Notes: generated by a model from the sequence alone, not told the origin. Counted from the stretch's first letter, positions 18,252-28,153 are shown. The stretch is 64,000 bases of DNA from Hoyosella altamirensis (GCF_014191505.1 NZ_JACHWS010000004.1:58654-122653), one strand, 5' to 3'. A program made the numbers and translations.

Positions 18252-19708
18252 CTTGGGGTTGACGCCCCGAAGCCAGCAGTTGCCCCGGACTTTTCGTGCC
18301 GGTGGTGCCTGATCGCCCGCGCTGTTCGAGACGCGCTGCGGGCGGAAGGCGGAACGACATTGCCACCGTCGGCAGGGATAGCCAGATTGCCTCGTTGCGG
18401 GTGTCTCTTTGCATTGTGGCGCGAGCGAAATGCGCGCGAACCGAGGATCGCGAGGACGGACACGACGATGACGAGGTAGATCAGGGGGTACGCCAAGCGA
18501 ACGGTCGTGACGAGGGCAGGATTGGAAGGCAGAAGCATGAAAGTACCGATGGCGTAGAACACGCCCGCCGGTTGCGTGATATCGATGAACCGCTGAATCC
18601 AGCAGGCCACTGCGAGGAACAACGCGACAGGAAGCGCCCACATGACGCGGTGGCGCGAGGTCGCCGCGTAGTGACACAGAATTGCGAGCAGCGGAATGAA
18701 CCACACCCAGTGGTGGCCCCAAGAGAATGGCGAAATCATGCAGGCGGTGAGTCCGGTAAGCGTCACAGCAAGTAGCTCTTGGCCTGACCGATGAGCGAGC
18801 CACATCGCGGTGAGTCCTAGCGCAAGTACCACCATCGTGACTGCTGCGACGCCGAGACGTGACGGCTCGGGTGTGCCGAGAATTTGTGCGAGTGCTCCTG
18901 TTATTGATTGATTCGCGGGGGAGTCGATTCTGCCCACCCGTTCTGCCTCGAACAACTTGCCCTGCCAGAATGTCAGCGCATCCCGGGGAATCACCGCAAA
19001 CCCGATTGCCACTGTGGCAAGGAAAGCGACAACCGCCGTAGTAAACGCACGCCACTGCTTCGCAAGAAGCAGGTAGATAAAGAAGAAGGCTGGTGTCAGC
19101 TTGATCCCCGCGGCGATGCCAACGGTCCATCCGCGCAAGACGCTGCCTTTCGGGCGGGTGAGATCCCAGACGATAAGCAACATCAGGAAGATATTGATCT
19201 GTCCGTACCAGATCGTGGTGCGGACAGGTTCGAGCCACGTCGCAATCACCGTCAGATACGCGCTGATGACCAGCAACTGCCAGCCTGCCCGGTAGCCGAG
19301 CGCGCGCCACGAGAGAACAATAGTGAGCCACAATGCCGCGATCGTCGCGCCGGCCCACACGCCAACCAGCCAGGCCTTGTTCAGCCCGGCGAGGACGGTG
19401 AAGAGCACCGCGGCGAAAGGCGGATAAGTGAAGGGCAGATTACCGATGACGTTGCCCTCGTAAAGAGCCTGCCCTTCACGAACCAGGGAGCCGCCAGCCG
19501 CGTACACCTGAACGTCGACCATGTTCTGGAACAGGCCCCAGTGCGGGGCGCCGACCGGAATTACGCGAATATGGAAAGCAACGACGAACAGGGCCGCAAG
19601 GATAAGCCCGGCGTGCGCCCACCAGGGCAGGCGAAAGCGCCTTAGACCACCGCTGCTGTGGGCAGAATCTGCCATTCCGACTGCCATCGAACCCCCTGGA
19701 CTGAGCAT
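18248..19708 (-). CDS. Polytopic membrane glycosyltransferase, GT87/DUF2029 family (PimE / Rv2181-like alpha-mannosyltransferase)
   Basis: 486 aa with about 11 TM helices and an FTYPPF motif in the first extracytoplasmic loop, typical of polyprenol-phosphate-mannose-dependent GT-C enzymes. Its stop overlaps the ligD stop convergently. Confidence 0.55.
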   Translation of the reverse strand: MLSPGGSMAVGMADSAHSSGGLRRFRLPWWAHAGLILAALFVVAFHIRVIPVGAPHWGLFQNMVDVQVYAAGGSLVREGQALYEGNVIGNLPFTYPPFAAVLFTVLAGLNKAWLVGVWAGATIAALWLTIVLSWRALGYRAGWQLLVISAYLTVIATWLEPVRTTIWYGQINIFLMLLIVWDLTRPKGSVLRGWTVGIAAGIKLTPAFFFIYLLLAKQWRAFTTAVVAFLATVAIGFAVIPRDALTFWQGKLFEAERVGRIDSPANQSITGALAQILGTPEPSRLGVAAVTMVVLALGLTAMWLAHRSGQELLAVTLTGLTACMISPFSWGHHWVWFIPLLAILCHYAATSRHRVMWALPVALFLAVACWIQRFIDITQPAGVFYAIGTFMLLPSNPALVTTVRLAYPLIYLVIVVSVLAILGSRAFRSRHNAKRHPQRGNLAIPADGGNVVPPSARSASRTARAIRHHRHEKSGATAGFGASTPS

Positions 19709-19769
19709 CCCGCGCTCGATAGCAGATTAGCGCCTGGATGTGACAATTCCGAACCTGGCGACGTGAGTT

Positions 19770-20504
19770 TTGAATTTCGCATTCACAATGTGGGGTATGG
19801 CAACGACACGAAAAGCCGCGAAAGCGACACGGCACCTCACCGATGATCAGCTCGTTGAGCTCTCCGAAGCGCTGAAGGAAGGCAAACGTGCCACGGTCTA
19901 CCTGCGCGAGCCATTGCCGGGGCTGGGTCTCGAAGCGGGTGCGTCAGCCCGCGTCGTCTCGATAGACGGCAACACAGTGATCGTGCGCCCTCGCGGCGTG
20001 GACGATGAAATTCCGTTCGAAGCCGAAGAGTTGCGACGGACGAAAGCGGCCCCACCTGAACCCCCGAAACCGGCGAAGTCGCAGGCACCGCGCAAGCGTG
20101 CGCAGAAAACTCAGGCGCAAGCAGCGCCCGGGAAGTCAGCCCCAGTTAAGCAAGAAGCAGTGGAGGCGGCGCCCACGGAATCGCGAGCATCGCGAGCATC
20201 GGCTGCCCCCCGGCGTAAGTCTGCGCCAAAATCCGCCGCATGCGCGATTACTCTGCGCGCGGACGAGACTGGCTCGTGGACGGTCGAGGTGGAACGCCCC
20301 AGTGGGCAGCAGCTCAAACCCGCGTCTGTGACGCCGGACGCGGTCTTGCGTGCTGTCGAGGCACTGGGGCACCCCGCCGCTTTAAGAACCGCGCAAACCG
20401 CTCTCGACGCGGCGCGCGACGCGGCGGCACGGCGCGTTGAAGAGCTGAAACAGAAGCTGCTGGAGGCCGAGTCGGCGCTGCACTCCCTCAAGGACAAGAA
20501 GTAA
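19770..20504 (+). CDS. Hypothetical basic protein with a histone-tail-like Ala/Lys/Pro-rich central region and a C-terminal coiled coil
   Basis: 244 aa with low-complexity KAAPPEPPKPAKSQAPRKRAQKTQAQAAPGKSAPVKQ reminiscent of HupB/H1-like tails. Lies 40 bp upstream of ligC on the same strand. Confidence 0.5.
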   Translation: MNFAFTMWGMATTRKAAKATRHLTDDQLVELSEALKEGKRATVYLREPLPGLGLEAGASARVVSIDGNTVIVRPRGVDDEIPFEAEELRRTKAAPPEPPKPAKSQAPRKRAQKTQAQAAPGKSAPVKQEAVEAAPTESRASRASAAPRRKSAPKSAACAITLRADETGSWTVEVERPSGQQLKPASVTPDAVLRAVEALGHPAALRTAQTALDAARDAAARRVEELKQKLLEAESALHSLKDKK

Positions 20505-20545
20505 CTCGCTGACGTGGCCACGCATCTGATGCAAGGATTGGCAAT

Positions 20546-21604
20546 GTGGATCTTCCGGTCATGCCTCCTATCGCGCCGATGCTGGCCAAGGCCGCCGGTG
20601 CCGTCCCTGAACAGGCGGACGATGCCGCGGCCGAACCCACCTGGCTGTATGAGCCCAAATGGGACGGTTTCCGTGCGATCGTGTTCCGGGACGGAGACGA
20701 CGTAGTAATCGGCTCTCGTGGCGGGAAGGACCTCTCCCGTTACTTTCCCGAGGTCGTGGCTGCTGTTCGTGACGAGCTGCCAGGCCGGTGCGTCGTCGAC
20801 GGCGAAATCGTCGTGCCGCAGAGCGCCGAAGGGGGCGCGCGACTGGACTGGGAAGCCCTTTCGGCGCGCATTCATCCCGCTGAACGCCGGGTGCGGCAGC
20901 TTTCCGTTGAGACACCGGCCTTGTTCGTGAGTTTCGACCTTCTCGCGCATCACGATCGCTCGCTGCTTGACGCCCCTTTCGGCGAACGGCGGGGGATGCT
21001 GACCGAACTGGCCGCAGCCGAGATCGGTCAGGCTAGGTGCCACGTGACCAGGGCAACTAATGACGCCGCGGTCGCGCAGCACTGGTTTGAGACATTCGAA
21101 GGCGCCGGTCTCGACGGCGTGATCGCGAAGCGGCTGGCGTCGCGGTACCTGCCTAACAAGCGGGAGTTGGTTAAGGTCAAGCATTCCCGTACGGCAGAGG
21201 CGGTCGTGATCGGGTATCGGCCGCACAAAAGCCAGCCGGGCGTCGGGTCGGTCCTCCTTGGCCTGTACGACGGAGACGAGCTCAAGATGGTCGGCGGAAT
21301 GTCTGCTTTCACCAATGCCAAGCGAATCAAAATTCAAGAGGATCTTGACGTGATCCGCTCGGCGGACCGCGCGGAAGGTGAGGCTTCACGCTGGCGTGCG
21401 TCCGCTGACGCGGGCTTCGTCCCGGTGCGGCCTGAGCGAGTGGCTGAAGTTGCGTACGACCAGATGGAGGGCGATAGATTCCGGCATGCGGTGCGGTTCT
21501 TGCGATGGCGGCCAGACCGGGATCCCCGATCGTGCACCTATGACCAGTTGGAGGTGCCGGTTCGCTATGACTTGGCTGACGTCCTCGAAGGGAGCGCCCG
21601 GTGA
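20546..21604 (+). CDS. ligC: ATP-dependent DNA ligase, LigC type
   Basis: 352 aa with the KxDG motif (EPKWDGFR), OB domain and the mycobacterial LigC length. Stop overlaps the next gene. Confidence 0.85.
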   Translation: MDLPVMPPIAPMLAKAAGAVPEQADDAAAEPTWLYEPKWDGFRAIVFRDGDDVVIGSRGGKDLSRYFPEVVAAVRDELPGRCVVDGEIVVPQSAEGGARLDWEALSARIHPAERRVRQLSVETPALFVSFDLLAHHDRSLLDAPFGERRGMLTELAAAEIGQARCHVTRATNDAAVAQHWFETFEGAGLDGVIAKRLASRYLPNKRELVKVKHSRTAEAVVIGYRPHKSQPGVGSVLLGLYDGDELKMVGGMSAFTNAKRIKIQEDLDVIRSADRAEGEASRWRASADAGFVPVRPERVAEVAYDQMEGDRFRHAVRFLRWRPDRDPRSCTYDQLEVPVRYDLADVLEGSAR

Positions 21605-22629
21605 CGGCTGAACTGCTCGATATTGACGGTATCGAAGTCCGGTTGTCGAATCCGGACAAGATCTACTATCCGGCGCTCGGATCGAAGGGCGGGACGAAAC
21701 GCCACCTCGTCGACTACTACCGCACGGTAGCGGAGCGCGGCGCGATTCTTACGGTCCTGCTTGACAGGCCCACGAACCTCCAGCGTTTTCCGGACGGCGT
21801 CGAGGGGGAAGAGATCTATCAGAAGCGGGTCCCGGCGCGACGGCCGCACCATGTCGAATCGTGCACGGTGACTTTTCCGTCCGGCCGGACGGCCGAGGCC
21901 TTACGCGTCAAGAGTGCCGCTGATGTCGTGTGGGCGGCCAATCTCGGTACCGTGACGTTCCATCCTTGGCCGGTCGTGTGTAGAGACACCGACCGTCCTG
22001 ATGAGCTTCGGGTCGATCTCGATCCTCAGCCGGGTACTGGCTTCGCGGAAGCCCGAGTCGTCGCGCGCGACGCGCTGCTGCCGGTACTCAATGAACTTGG
22101 GTACGAGGGTTTCGTCAAAACCTCGGGCGGACGTGGGCTCCACGTGACCATTCCGATCGAACCCAAATGGGACTTCATCGAAGTGCGCCGGGCAGGTATC
22201 GCGCTGGCGCGCGAGGTTGTGCGCCGGAGCGAGGACCTAGCCACAGCGGCGTGGTGGAAGGAAGAACGCGGGAAACGGATATTCCTCGATTACAACCAGA
22301 ACGCTCGGGACCGGACAGTCGCGTCAGCGAACGCGGCGCGTAAAACCCCGATCGCGACTGTTTCAGCTCCACTGACGTGGGACGAACTCGACGATGCCGA
22401 CGCGGACGACTTCACGATCGCCACTGTTCCCGCCCTGCTCAGTGAGCGCGGTGATCCGCATGCGGACCTCCACAAGACGTCGTACTCGATACAAACACTG
22501 CTTGACTGGTTTGCCCGTGACGAGGAGCAGGGCGAGGGGGAACTGCCGTATCCGCCGAACTATCCGAAAATGCCTGGCGAACCGAAACGAGTTCAGCCGA
22601 GCCGAGACCGAGACCGGTTGAGGGACTGA
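21601..22629 (+). CDS. Stand-alone LigD-like primase-polymerase (Prim-PolC), the LigC partner in base-excision-repair gap filling
   Basis: 342 aa homologous to the LigD polymerase domain (RFPDGV, HVTIPI motifs) but with no ligase or PE domains. Translationally coupled to ligC. Confidence 0.8.
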   Translation: MTAELLDIDGIEVRLSNPDKIYYPALGSKGGTKRHLVDYYRTVAERGAILTVLLDRPTNLQRFPDGVEGEEIYQKRVPARRPHHVESCTVTFPSGRTAEALRVKSAADVVWAANLGTVTFHPWPVVCRDTDRPDELRVDLDPQPGTGFAEARVVARDALLPVLNELGYEGFVKTSGGRGLHVTIPIEPKWDFIEVRRAGIALAREVVRRSEDLATAAWWKEERGKRIFLDYNQNARDRTVASANAARKTPIATVSAPLTWDELDDADADDFTIATVPALLSERGDPHADLHKTSYSIQTLLDWFARDEEQGEGELPYPPNYPKMPGEPKRVQPSRDRDRLRD

Positions 22630-23660
22630 ACCGGTACCGCGTCGCGGACAAACCGTCCGATCTCTCGGATGGCGCGGGATGACTCGGGCACCAGGCCAGC
22701 AGCGGCCTGGAAAACGTGCACCTGCCGCTCCCACACCTGCAGGTGGCATGGCACACCGAAATGCGACAGGCGATCGGCCATCATTTCGGAATCGGAGAAA
22801 AGCATCTCCGTCGAACCGACTTGCAGCAGGGTGGGGGGCATACCCGACAGGTCACTCTCGACGGGGCATACTCGGGGCCCGGGTGTGCCATCGATAAGGA
22901 GGCGCTGCTCAACGCGATCAGCGTACTCCGTGAACACATTGAGGACGTCAGCGGCGAAAAGAGCGCATTTGTTGGCGTTCTCGTGCGCGAGCTTGGACGC
23001 TGGATTCAAGTTCGTGAGCGGGGAGAGTGCCACGAGGCCTGCTGGGACTGGAAGGCCCTGCGAGCGCAGAGCCAGCGTGACCATGAATGTGAGATAGCCG
23101 CCTGCGGAGTCGCCGCCGATGACGATCTGATCTGGGCGGTAGCCGCGGCGCAATAGCCAACGGTAGGCGGATACGCCGTCCTCGATCGCGTGATTGATCG
23201 TGTGCCTTGGCAGCATCCGGTAGTCAACGCTGAGTACGGGTGACTGCGCCGATGCGGAGATCAGGGAAACCATGCGGCGGTGTGTGCGCAGTCCGCACGT
23301 CACGAAGGCGCCGCCATGGAGGTAGAGGACGACGCGGTGGGTTGTGACATCTTCCGCGCGGATCCATTCGGCTTTGCACTGCGGCAGCTGGACCGGCCGG
23401 TAGCGCGTGCCCGGTACCGGAGGAAGCGCGGAACCTGCCAGATCAACGAGACCGGTGGGCCACGGTAAATGAGGCCATTTCGCCCACACGGAAAGCAGGG
23501 GGCGGACTGTGAGTCGCAGCGATGCCGCGAGTGCTGTCGCCTGTAGGCTTGCGCCGACGTAATTCTCGCGCACCACCGTGGTGTGCTGTGGAAACGCTTG
23601 CGCTGTAGCAGTGTTTCCCACGAGACGGAGGGGGCGGTTGTGTCGCATGGTGTTAGACAT
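22593..23660 (-). CDS. Alpha/beta-hydrolase fold-3 esterase/lipase (hormone-sensitive-lipase family)
   Basis: HGGAF oxyanion motif and GDSAGG nucleophile elbow. Confidence 0.8.
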   Translation of the reverse strand: MSNTMRHNRPLRLVGNTATAQAFPQHTTVVRENYVGASLQATALAASLRLTVRPLLSVWAKWPHLPWPTGLVDLAGSALPPVPGTRYRPVQLPQCKAEWIRAEDVTTHRVVLYLHGGAFVTCGLRTHRRMVSLISASAQSPVLSVDYRMLPRHTINHAIEDGVSAYRWLLRRGYRPDQIVIGGDSAGGYLTFMVTLALRSQGLPVPAGLVALSPLTNLNPASKLAHENANKCALFAADVLNVFTEYADRVEQRLLIDGTPGPRVCPVESDLSGMPPTLLQVGSTEMLFSDSEMMADRLSHFGVPCHLQVWERQVHVFQAAAGLVPESSRAIREIGRFVRDAVPVQSLNRSRSRLG

Positions 23661-23814
23661 CGTCGCTCGCCTCCGTTCGTCTTTGTACGGGTTCAGGTCG
23701 AAGTAATGTACAACGAAAAATCGTGAAACACGCCACTTTGTTACACACTTGTTTCATTAAAGTTTCCACTAGGACGAATGATCGTCTGTTGCGCCCCGGG
23801 GGGATGGCGAACGT

Positions 23815-25209
23815 ATGGCTCTGATGCTGCCGCAAGATTTCATGTTCCTCGCTATTGAGAGCCGTGAACATCCAATGCACGTTGGTGGACTCGAGCTCTT
23901 TTCGCCGCCGGAGGGTGCTGGGCCAGAGTTTGTCCGTGATCGCTATCAGCAGCTACTCGACACGCCGGAAGTGGCGGAGAAATTCCGGAGGCGGCCCGGC
24001 ACTCCGTTCAACACTCCCCGTAATCTCTTCTGGGCAACTGATAGCGATATCGACCTCGACTATCACGTCCAGCTTTCCGCGCTGCCGCAGCCGGGCCGGA
24101 TGCGGGAGCTCTTCGCCATGACATCGCGCTGGCACAGTCAGCTGCTCGATCGGCATCGCCCGCTCTGGGAGACCCACGTCGTGGAAGGGCTCGAGGACGG
24201 TCGGTTCGCGGTTTACACGAAGGTGCATCACGCGCTCATTGACGGTGTGTCCGCCCTGAAAACGCTGCAGTCAGTGCTCCTGGAAGATCCGGATGCCACC
24301 GGAGCGCCATCGCCCTTTGCGCAGCGGCCACGGAAGTCCATTCTGAGTAAAAAGTCGATGTTCAACCCACTGGGCCTGGCGAAATCAGGGGCCGACCTTG
24401 TTGGCGATGTGGCTGGCGGAGTGCCCGCCGCAGCACGGATCGGCTGGCAGGCTGTGCGCGAGCGAGACATGGTTCTGCCGCTGCGTGCGCCCCGGACAAT
24501 GCTTAACGTACCGATCGGCGGTGCACGCCGATTCGCCGCACAGTCGTGGCCGATCGACCGGATCAAAGCTGTCGGCAAAGCGGCAGATTGCACTCTCAAC
24601 GACGTCGTTCTGGCAATGTGCGGAAGCGCATTGCGTGACTATCTTCTCAGTCAGAATGCGCTGCCCGAAGACCCGCTCATCGCCATGGTCCCCGTTTCGC
24701 TGCATAGTCTTGTGGAAGAAGATTCCGGCGGGAACGCCGTGACGAGTGTCCTGGCGAACCTGGGCACCCATCTTGATGATCCGATCGACCGTCTCGAATG
24801 CATTACAAATTCGATGCGGCAGGCAAAGCGAATGCTTACCGGATTGAGTCCATTGCAGGCAATGGCAGTAGGTGCATTCATGGTGGCCCCGCTGGCGTTC
24901 GCGCCACTTCCCGGCTATGTAACGCACGCGCCTCCGCCGTTCAACGTGGTCATCTCGAATGTTCCAGGACCCCGGGTGCCGTTGCACTGGGACGGCGCTC
25001 GCCTCGACGGCATCTACCCACTGTCGATCGCGATGGACGGCCTGGCCCTGAACATCACTCTGACCAGCAATGCTGGCAACCTAGACTTCGGCGTGGTCGG
25101 TTGCCGCAAGTCGGTGCCGCACCTGCAGCGCATCCTCACCTACCTCGAGGATGCACTCGTGTCACTTGAGCAACGAGTAGATAACAGTTCAGCAACGTCG
25201 CTTTTGTGA
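23815..25209 (+). CDS. Wax ester synthase / acyl-CoA:diacylglycerol acyltransferase (WS/DGAT, Tgs-like)
   Basis: 464 aa with the HHALIDG active-site motif. Confidence 0.85.
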   Translation: MALMLPQDFMFLAIESREHPMHVGGLELFSPPEGAGPEFVRDRYQQLLDTPEVAEKFRRRPGTPFNTPRNLFWATDSDIDLDYHVQLSALPQPGRMRELFAMTSRWHSQLLDRHRPLWETHVVEGLEDGRFAVYTKVHHALIDGVSALKTLQSVLLEDPDATGAPSPFAQRPRKSILSKKSMFNPLGLAKSGADLVGDVAGGVPAAARIGWQAVRERDMVLPLRAPRTMLNVPIGGARRFAAQSWPIDRIKAVGKAADCTLNDVVLAMCGSALRDYLLSQNALPEDPLIAMVPVSLHSLVEEDSGGNAVTSVLANLGTHLDDPIDRLECITNSMRQAKRMLTGLSPLQAMAVGAFMVAPLAFAPLPGYVTHAPPPFNVVISNVPGPRVPLHWDGARLDGIYPLSIAMDGLALNITLTSNAGNLDFGVVGCRKSVPHLQRILTYLEDALVSLEQRVDNSSATSLL

Positions 25210-25355
25210 GATTGGTTTCACTCGTCTTCCTTTGAGCGGCCTGGGATCTTAGTCTTTCCTCAGGTCGGAGCGCCGCTAATTCTCGATTTTGGCTGGCCGG
25301 ACCGCACAGGCGCAACTCGCCCGGCCACAAGCAGCTCACCCAGGGAGATGATGGA

Positions 25356-26564
25356 ATGCTGGCGTCACCGCAGAGGGGTACCGCACTGGCAGAACCAGTC
25401 GCGGCGCCTGAACCGGAGTTGACGCACTCGGTCTCCCGTCGGCCGATGTCCCCGGCCGTAGTCGGGCGGCCGCCCGTCCAGCCTGCTCCCGCGAAGGCGG
25501 GGCCTGTCAAGGCGGAGCCAGTCCCGGCCGAGCCCGTGAAGAAGGCAGCTAAGCCGCGAGTCGAGTGGGTCGACATCGCGAAGGGCATGACCATCGTCAT
25601 GGTCGTCCTGCTGCACGCGGTCAACATGCTCGTCACGAAGGATCTCGCGCCTGATTTCTGGCGAACAGTCAACGGTGCGCTCCAGCCGATCCGTATGCCG
25701 CTGTTCTTCGTGGCCTCAGGATTGTTCGCGCAGGGTATGGTCTCGATGACCTGGCCGAAGATGCTTCGCAGCCGCGTCGCCCATCTCTTCTATCTGTATG
25801 CGCTTTGGCTGGTCATCTTCTTTGCCGTGCACAACGTACTTCCAGCTGAGGTGCGTCACGGCGGCTATGCGACATTCTCGAACGTCATCAATGGCTTATA
25901 CCTCCCGAATAGCGCACTGTGGTTCATTTACGGTCTGGCCGTCTTTGCGGTGACCGCAAAGCTGATCCTGAAACTGCCCATCACAGTTCAACTAGGCCTT
26001 GCGCTCGCGCTGAATGTGTACTCGCAGTACTTCCCAGTGGTCAGCTGGTCATGGAACAACCTCGCTGAATACTTTGTGTACTTCCTGCTCGGCCTGCACG
26101 CTCGCACAATCATCATCAAGATGAGTAACCGCAACACGGTGCTCTGGATCGCCGGTGCAGCCGCCCTCTACGCTGGCGTTTACTACATTCTCGGCGGGGC
26201 GACGCCGATCGACGTTCCTGGACTGCAGGTGATGATCTCGACCGCGGGCCTGATCGCAGGAGTCCTCGTCGCCTCGAGGCTTGTCGGCACCTGGTTCGGC
26301 GGTGTCCTGAACACGATCGGCAGAAACACCCTGCCGGTCTATCTGATGCTGGACATCATGATTTCAATCCTGGTCTACGCGCTGGTCAAGATCACCGTCG
26401 TCTCCAACCTCCCCGCCGTCCAGGTCATCGCCCCGCTGCTCGTCGTGATCGGCACAGTGGTCCTCGCGCTGTACGTCCACAAGGCGCTGATAGCACTGCG
26501 CCTTACCTGGCTCTTCGAACTGCCGCCCCGACTGCGGGGCACTGCGGTCAAATCGCCTAGCTAA
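25356..26564 (+). CDS. Acyltransferase family 3 (OpgC/OafA-like) integral membrane protein with a Pro/Ala-rich N-terminal extension
   Basis: About 10 TM helices. The VEWVDIAKGMTIVMVVLLH start is typical of acyltransferase-3. Confidence 0.5.
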   Translation: MLASPQRGTALAEPVAAPEPELTHSVSRRPMSPAVVGRPPVQPAPAKAGPVKAEPVPAEPVKKAAKPRVEWVDIAKGMTIVMVVLLHAVNMLVTKDLAPDFWRTVNGALQPIRMPLFFVASGLFAQGMVSMTWPKMLRSRVAHLFYLYALWLVIFFAVHNVLPAEVRHGGYATFSNVINGLYLPNSALWFIYGLAVFAVTAKLILKLPITVQLGLALALNVYSQYFPVVSWSWNNLAEYFVYFLLGLHARTIIIKMSNRNTVLWIAGAAALYAGVYYILGGATPIDVPGLQVMISTAGLIAGVLVASRLVGTWFGGVLNTIGRNTLPVYLMLDIMISILVYALVKITVVSNLPAVQVIAPLLVVIGTVVLALYVHKALIALRLTWLFELPPRLRGTAVKSPS

Positions 26565-26650
26565 GCGCCCAGGCTGCCGTATTCGCCGGATTCACCGTGG
26601 GGTTAAATAGCCTCACGGTGTTTGTGGGAAAGGGGAGTCCGGTGAAACTG

Positions 26651-27583
26651 ATGCGCAGAATTGCGGCCCTTGGGCTGGGCGTGGCGCTAGCGGTCGGGAT
26701 ATCTGGGGGAACGGCCGCGGTTGCGCACGCCAACCCAGGTGGAAATGGGTTCGCCGACTGGTGGACCGAACTCGGACTCCCGGGCCCTGCCCCAGATGTG
26801 GCGCTACCGCCAGGACTTCTGCCACCACCTGCACCGCAGACTCCAGGTGCGCCGCACGTTCCCGGACCGGTCGCTCCCGCACCGTTCACATCGGCGGGGA
26901 TCAATCCAGCCGCTGGCGAATTGGTGGGCGTTGCCCAGCCGGTCATCATCAATTTTCCTGCGCCGATCAGTGACCGGGCCGCAGCGGAGCGGGCGATCAG
27001 CGTGACGTCGGCCCCGCCCGTCAGCGGCCGTTTCATTTGGTTCTCCAACTCTCAAGTCAGGTGGCGCCCGCACGAATTCTGGCCGGCACACGCTCAGGTA
27101 AGCGTGGTCGCGGGGCCGTCGCGCTCGAATTTCAGAACAGGTGACGCCACGATCAGCGTTGCCGACGACGTCACGAAAACCATTACTGTCACGCGGAATG
27201 GTCAGGTCGTCAGGACCATGCCGGTCTCCTTTGGGAAGGACCGTACCCCCACTCCGAATGGCACCTACATCATCGGTGAGCGGCATCGCCACATGGTGAT
27301 GGACTCGTCCACGTACGGTGTGCCAGTTGATTCGCCGGACGGATACCGCATCGATGTCGAGTACGCCACTCGAATGTCGAATAGCGGCATCTTCGTGCAC
27401 GCCGCGCCGTGGTCACTCCAGCACCAGGGGGTTCGCAACGTCAGCGCTGGCTGCCTGAATGTGTCGACAGATGATGCCCGCTGGTTCTACGAGAACACGC
27501 GTAAAGGTGACCCGGTGATTGTCCGCAACACCATCGGGGGACGACTGAACGGCTGGGACGGCCTCGGAGACTGGATGCTCTAG
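26651..27583 (+). CDS. L,D-transpeptidase (YkuD domain) with an N-terminal lipoprotein/secretion signal
   Basis: Catalytic HxxxxxxSxGCxN motif (HAAPWSLQHQGVRNVSAGCLNV). Signal peptide MRRIAALGLGVALAVGISGGTAAVAHA. Confidence 0.8.
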   Translation: MRRIAALGLGVALAVGISGGTAAVAHANPGGNGFADWWTELGLPGPAPDVALPPGLLPPPAPQTPGAPHVPGPVAPAPFTSAGINPAAGELVGVAQPVIINFPAPISDRAAAERAISVTSAPPVSGRFIWFSNSQVRWRPHEFWPAHAQVSVVAGPSRSNFRTGDATISVADDVTKTITVTRNGQVVRTMPVSFGKDRTPTPNGTYIIGERHRHMVMDSSTYGVPVDSPDGYRIDVEYATRMSNSGIFVHAAPWSLQHQGVRNVSAGCLNVSTDDARWFYENTRKGDPVIVRNTIGGRLNGWDGLGDWML

Positions 27584-27592
27584 CCGGGCCAG

Positions 27593-28153
27593 TCACGCCT
27601 CTTCGGGGCCTGCTTCCGGGGAGGAAGCGGACCCTGAAGACTTGCGGCGGCGCAGCGGGAACCGCGCGACGAAATCACCAACAGCGCCGCCTGGCGCGAC
27701 AAGCTCCTGGAGCGTCGCGATCCGGGTGTTGAGCGCATCGAGTGCGGGGCCGATGCGGTCGAGGGCCGGTCCCAGTCTGTCGAGCGTGTCTGTCAAGGCG
27801 ATAAGGCGCTCAAGAGTGTCACGCTCAGTCATCTTCGACAGAAGACCTTCCCGCTCAAGCAGACGGTCGAGAGGGCCGTCGTGCTCGATGATCCGCTCGA
27901 GCACACCGTCTTCGTGCGCGAGTCGCTCGAGCAGGCCGCCGCGCTGCAGCATCCGGTCGAGTGGACCGTTGGGGTCGAGCATCCCGCTCTGGATGATGTG
28001 TTGCAGGACGGAAAGCTGTCCGCGAACATCGACGGCACTGGCGGTTTCGGATGCACGATTCCCAAAATCCGACACCGCGCTGGACGCGGTTTCCCGGGCT
28101 GCACGTGTCACCGATTCGACCACGCGAATCGGCGCGGTGAGTAGTCCAAACAT
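27593..28153 (-). CDS. Hypothetical protein made of roughly 8 tandem degenerate decapeptide repeats ([DE]G[PVL]L[DE]R[LI][LI]E[RH])
   Basis: Repeat periodicity is clear at protein level and is visible as about 30-nt periodicity in the DNA at 27830-28010. Lies 16 bp downstream of the M13 peptidase gene on the same strand. Confidence 0.45.
   Translation of the reverse strand: MFGLLTAPIRVVESVTRAARETASSAVSDFGNRASETASAVDVRGQLSVLQHIIQSGMLDPNGPLDRMLQRGGLLERLAHEDGVLERIIEHDGPLDRLLEREGLLSKMTERDTLERLIALTDTLDRLGPALDRIGPALDALNTRIATLQELVAPGGAVGDFVARFPLRRRKSSGSASSPEAGPEEA

Noticed and set aside
17979-19358. 459-aa minus-strand ORF spanning the ligD 3' end and the GT87 gene
   Set aside because: It is an alternative frame of the GT87 membrane protein region plus ligD antisense. 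It is Arg-rich nonsense.
20111-21337. 408-aa ORF antisense to ligC
   Set aside because: Fully embedded opposite a motif-bearing ligase gene. Composition is biased (Arg/Ala/Pro) and it has no recognisable domain.
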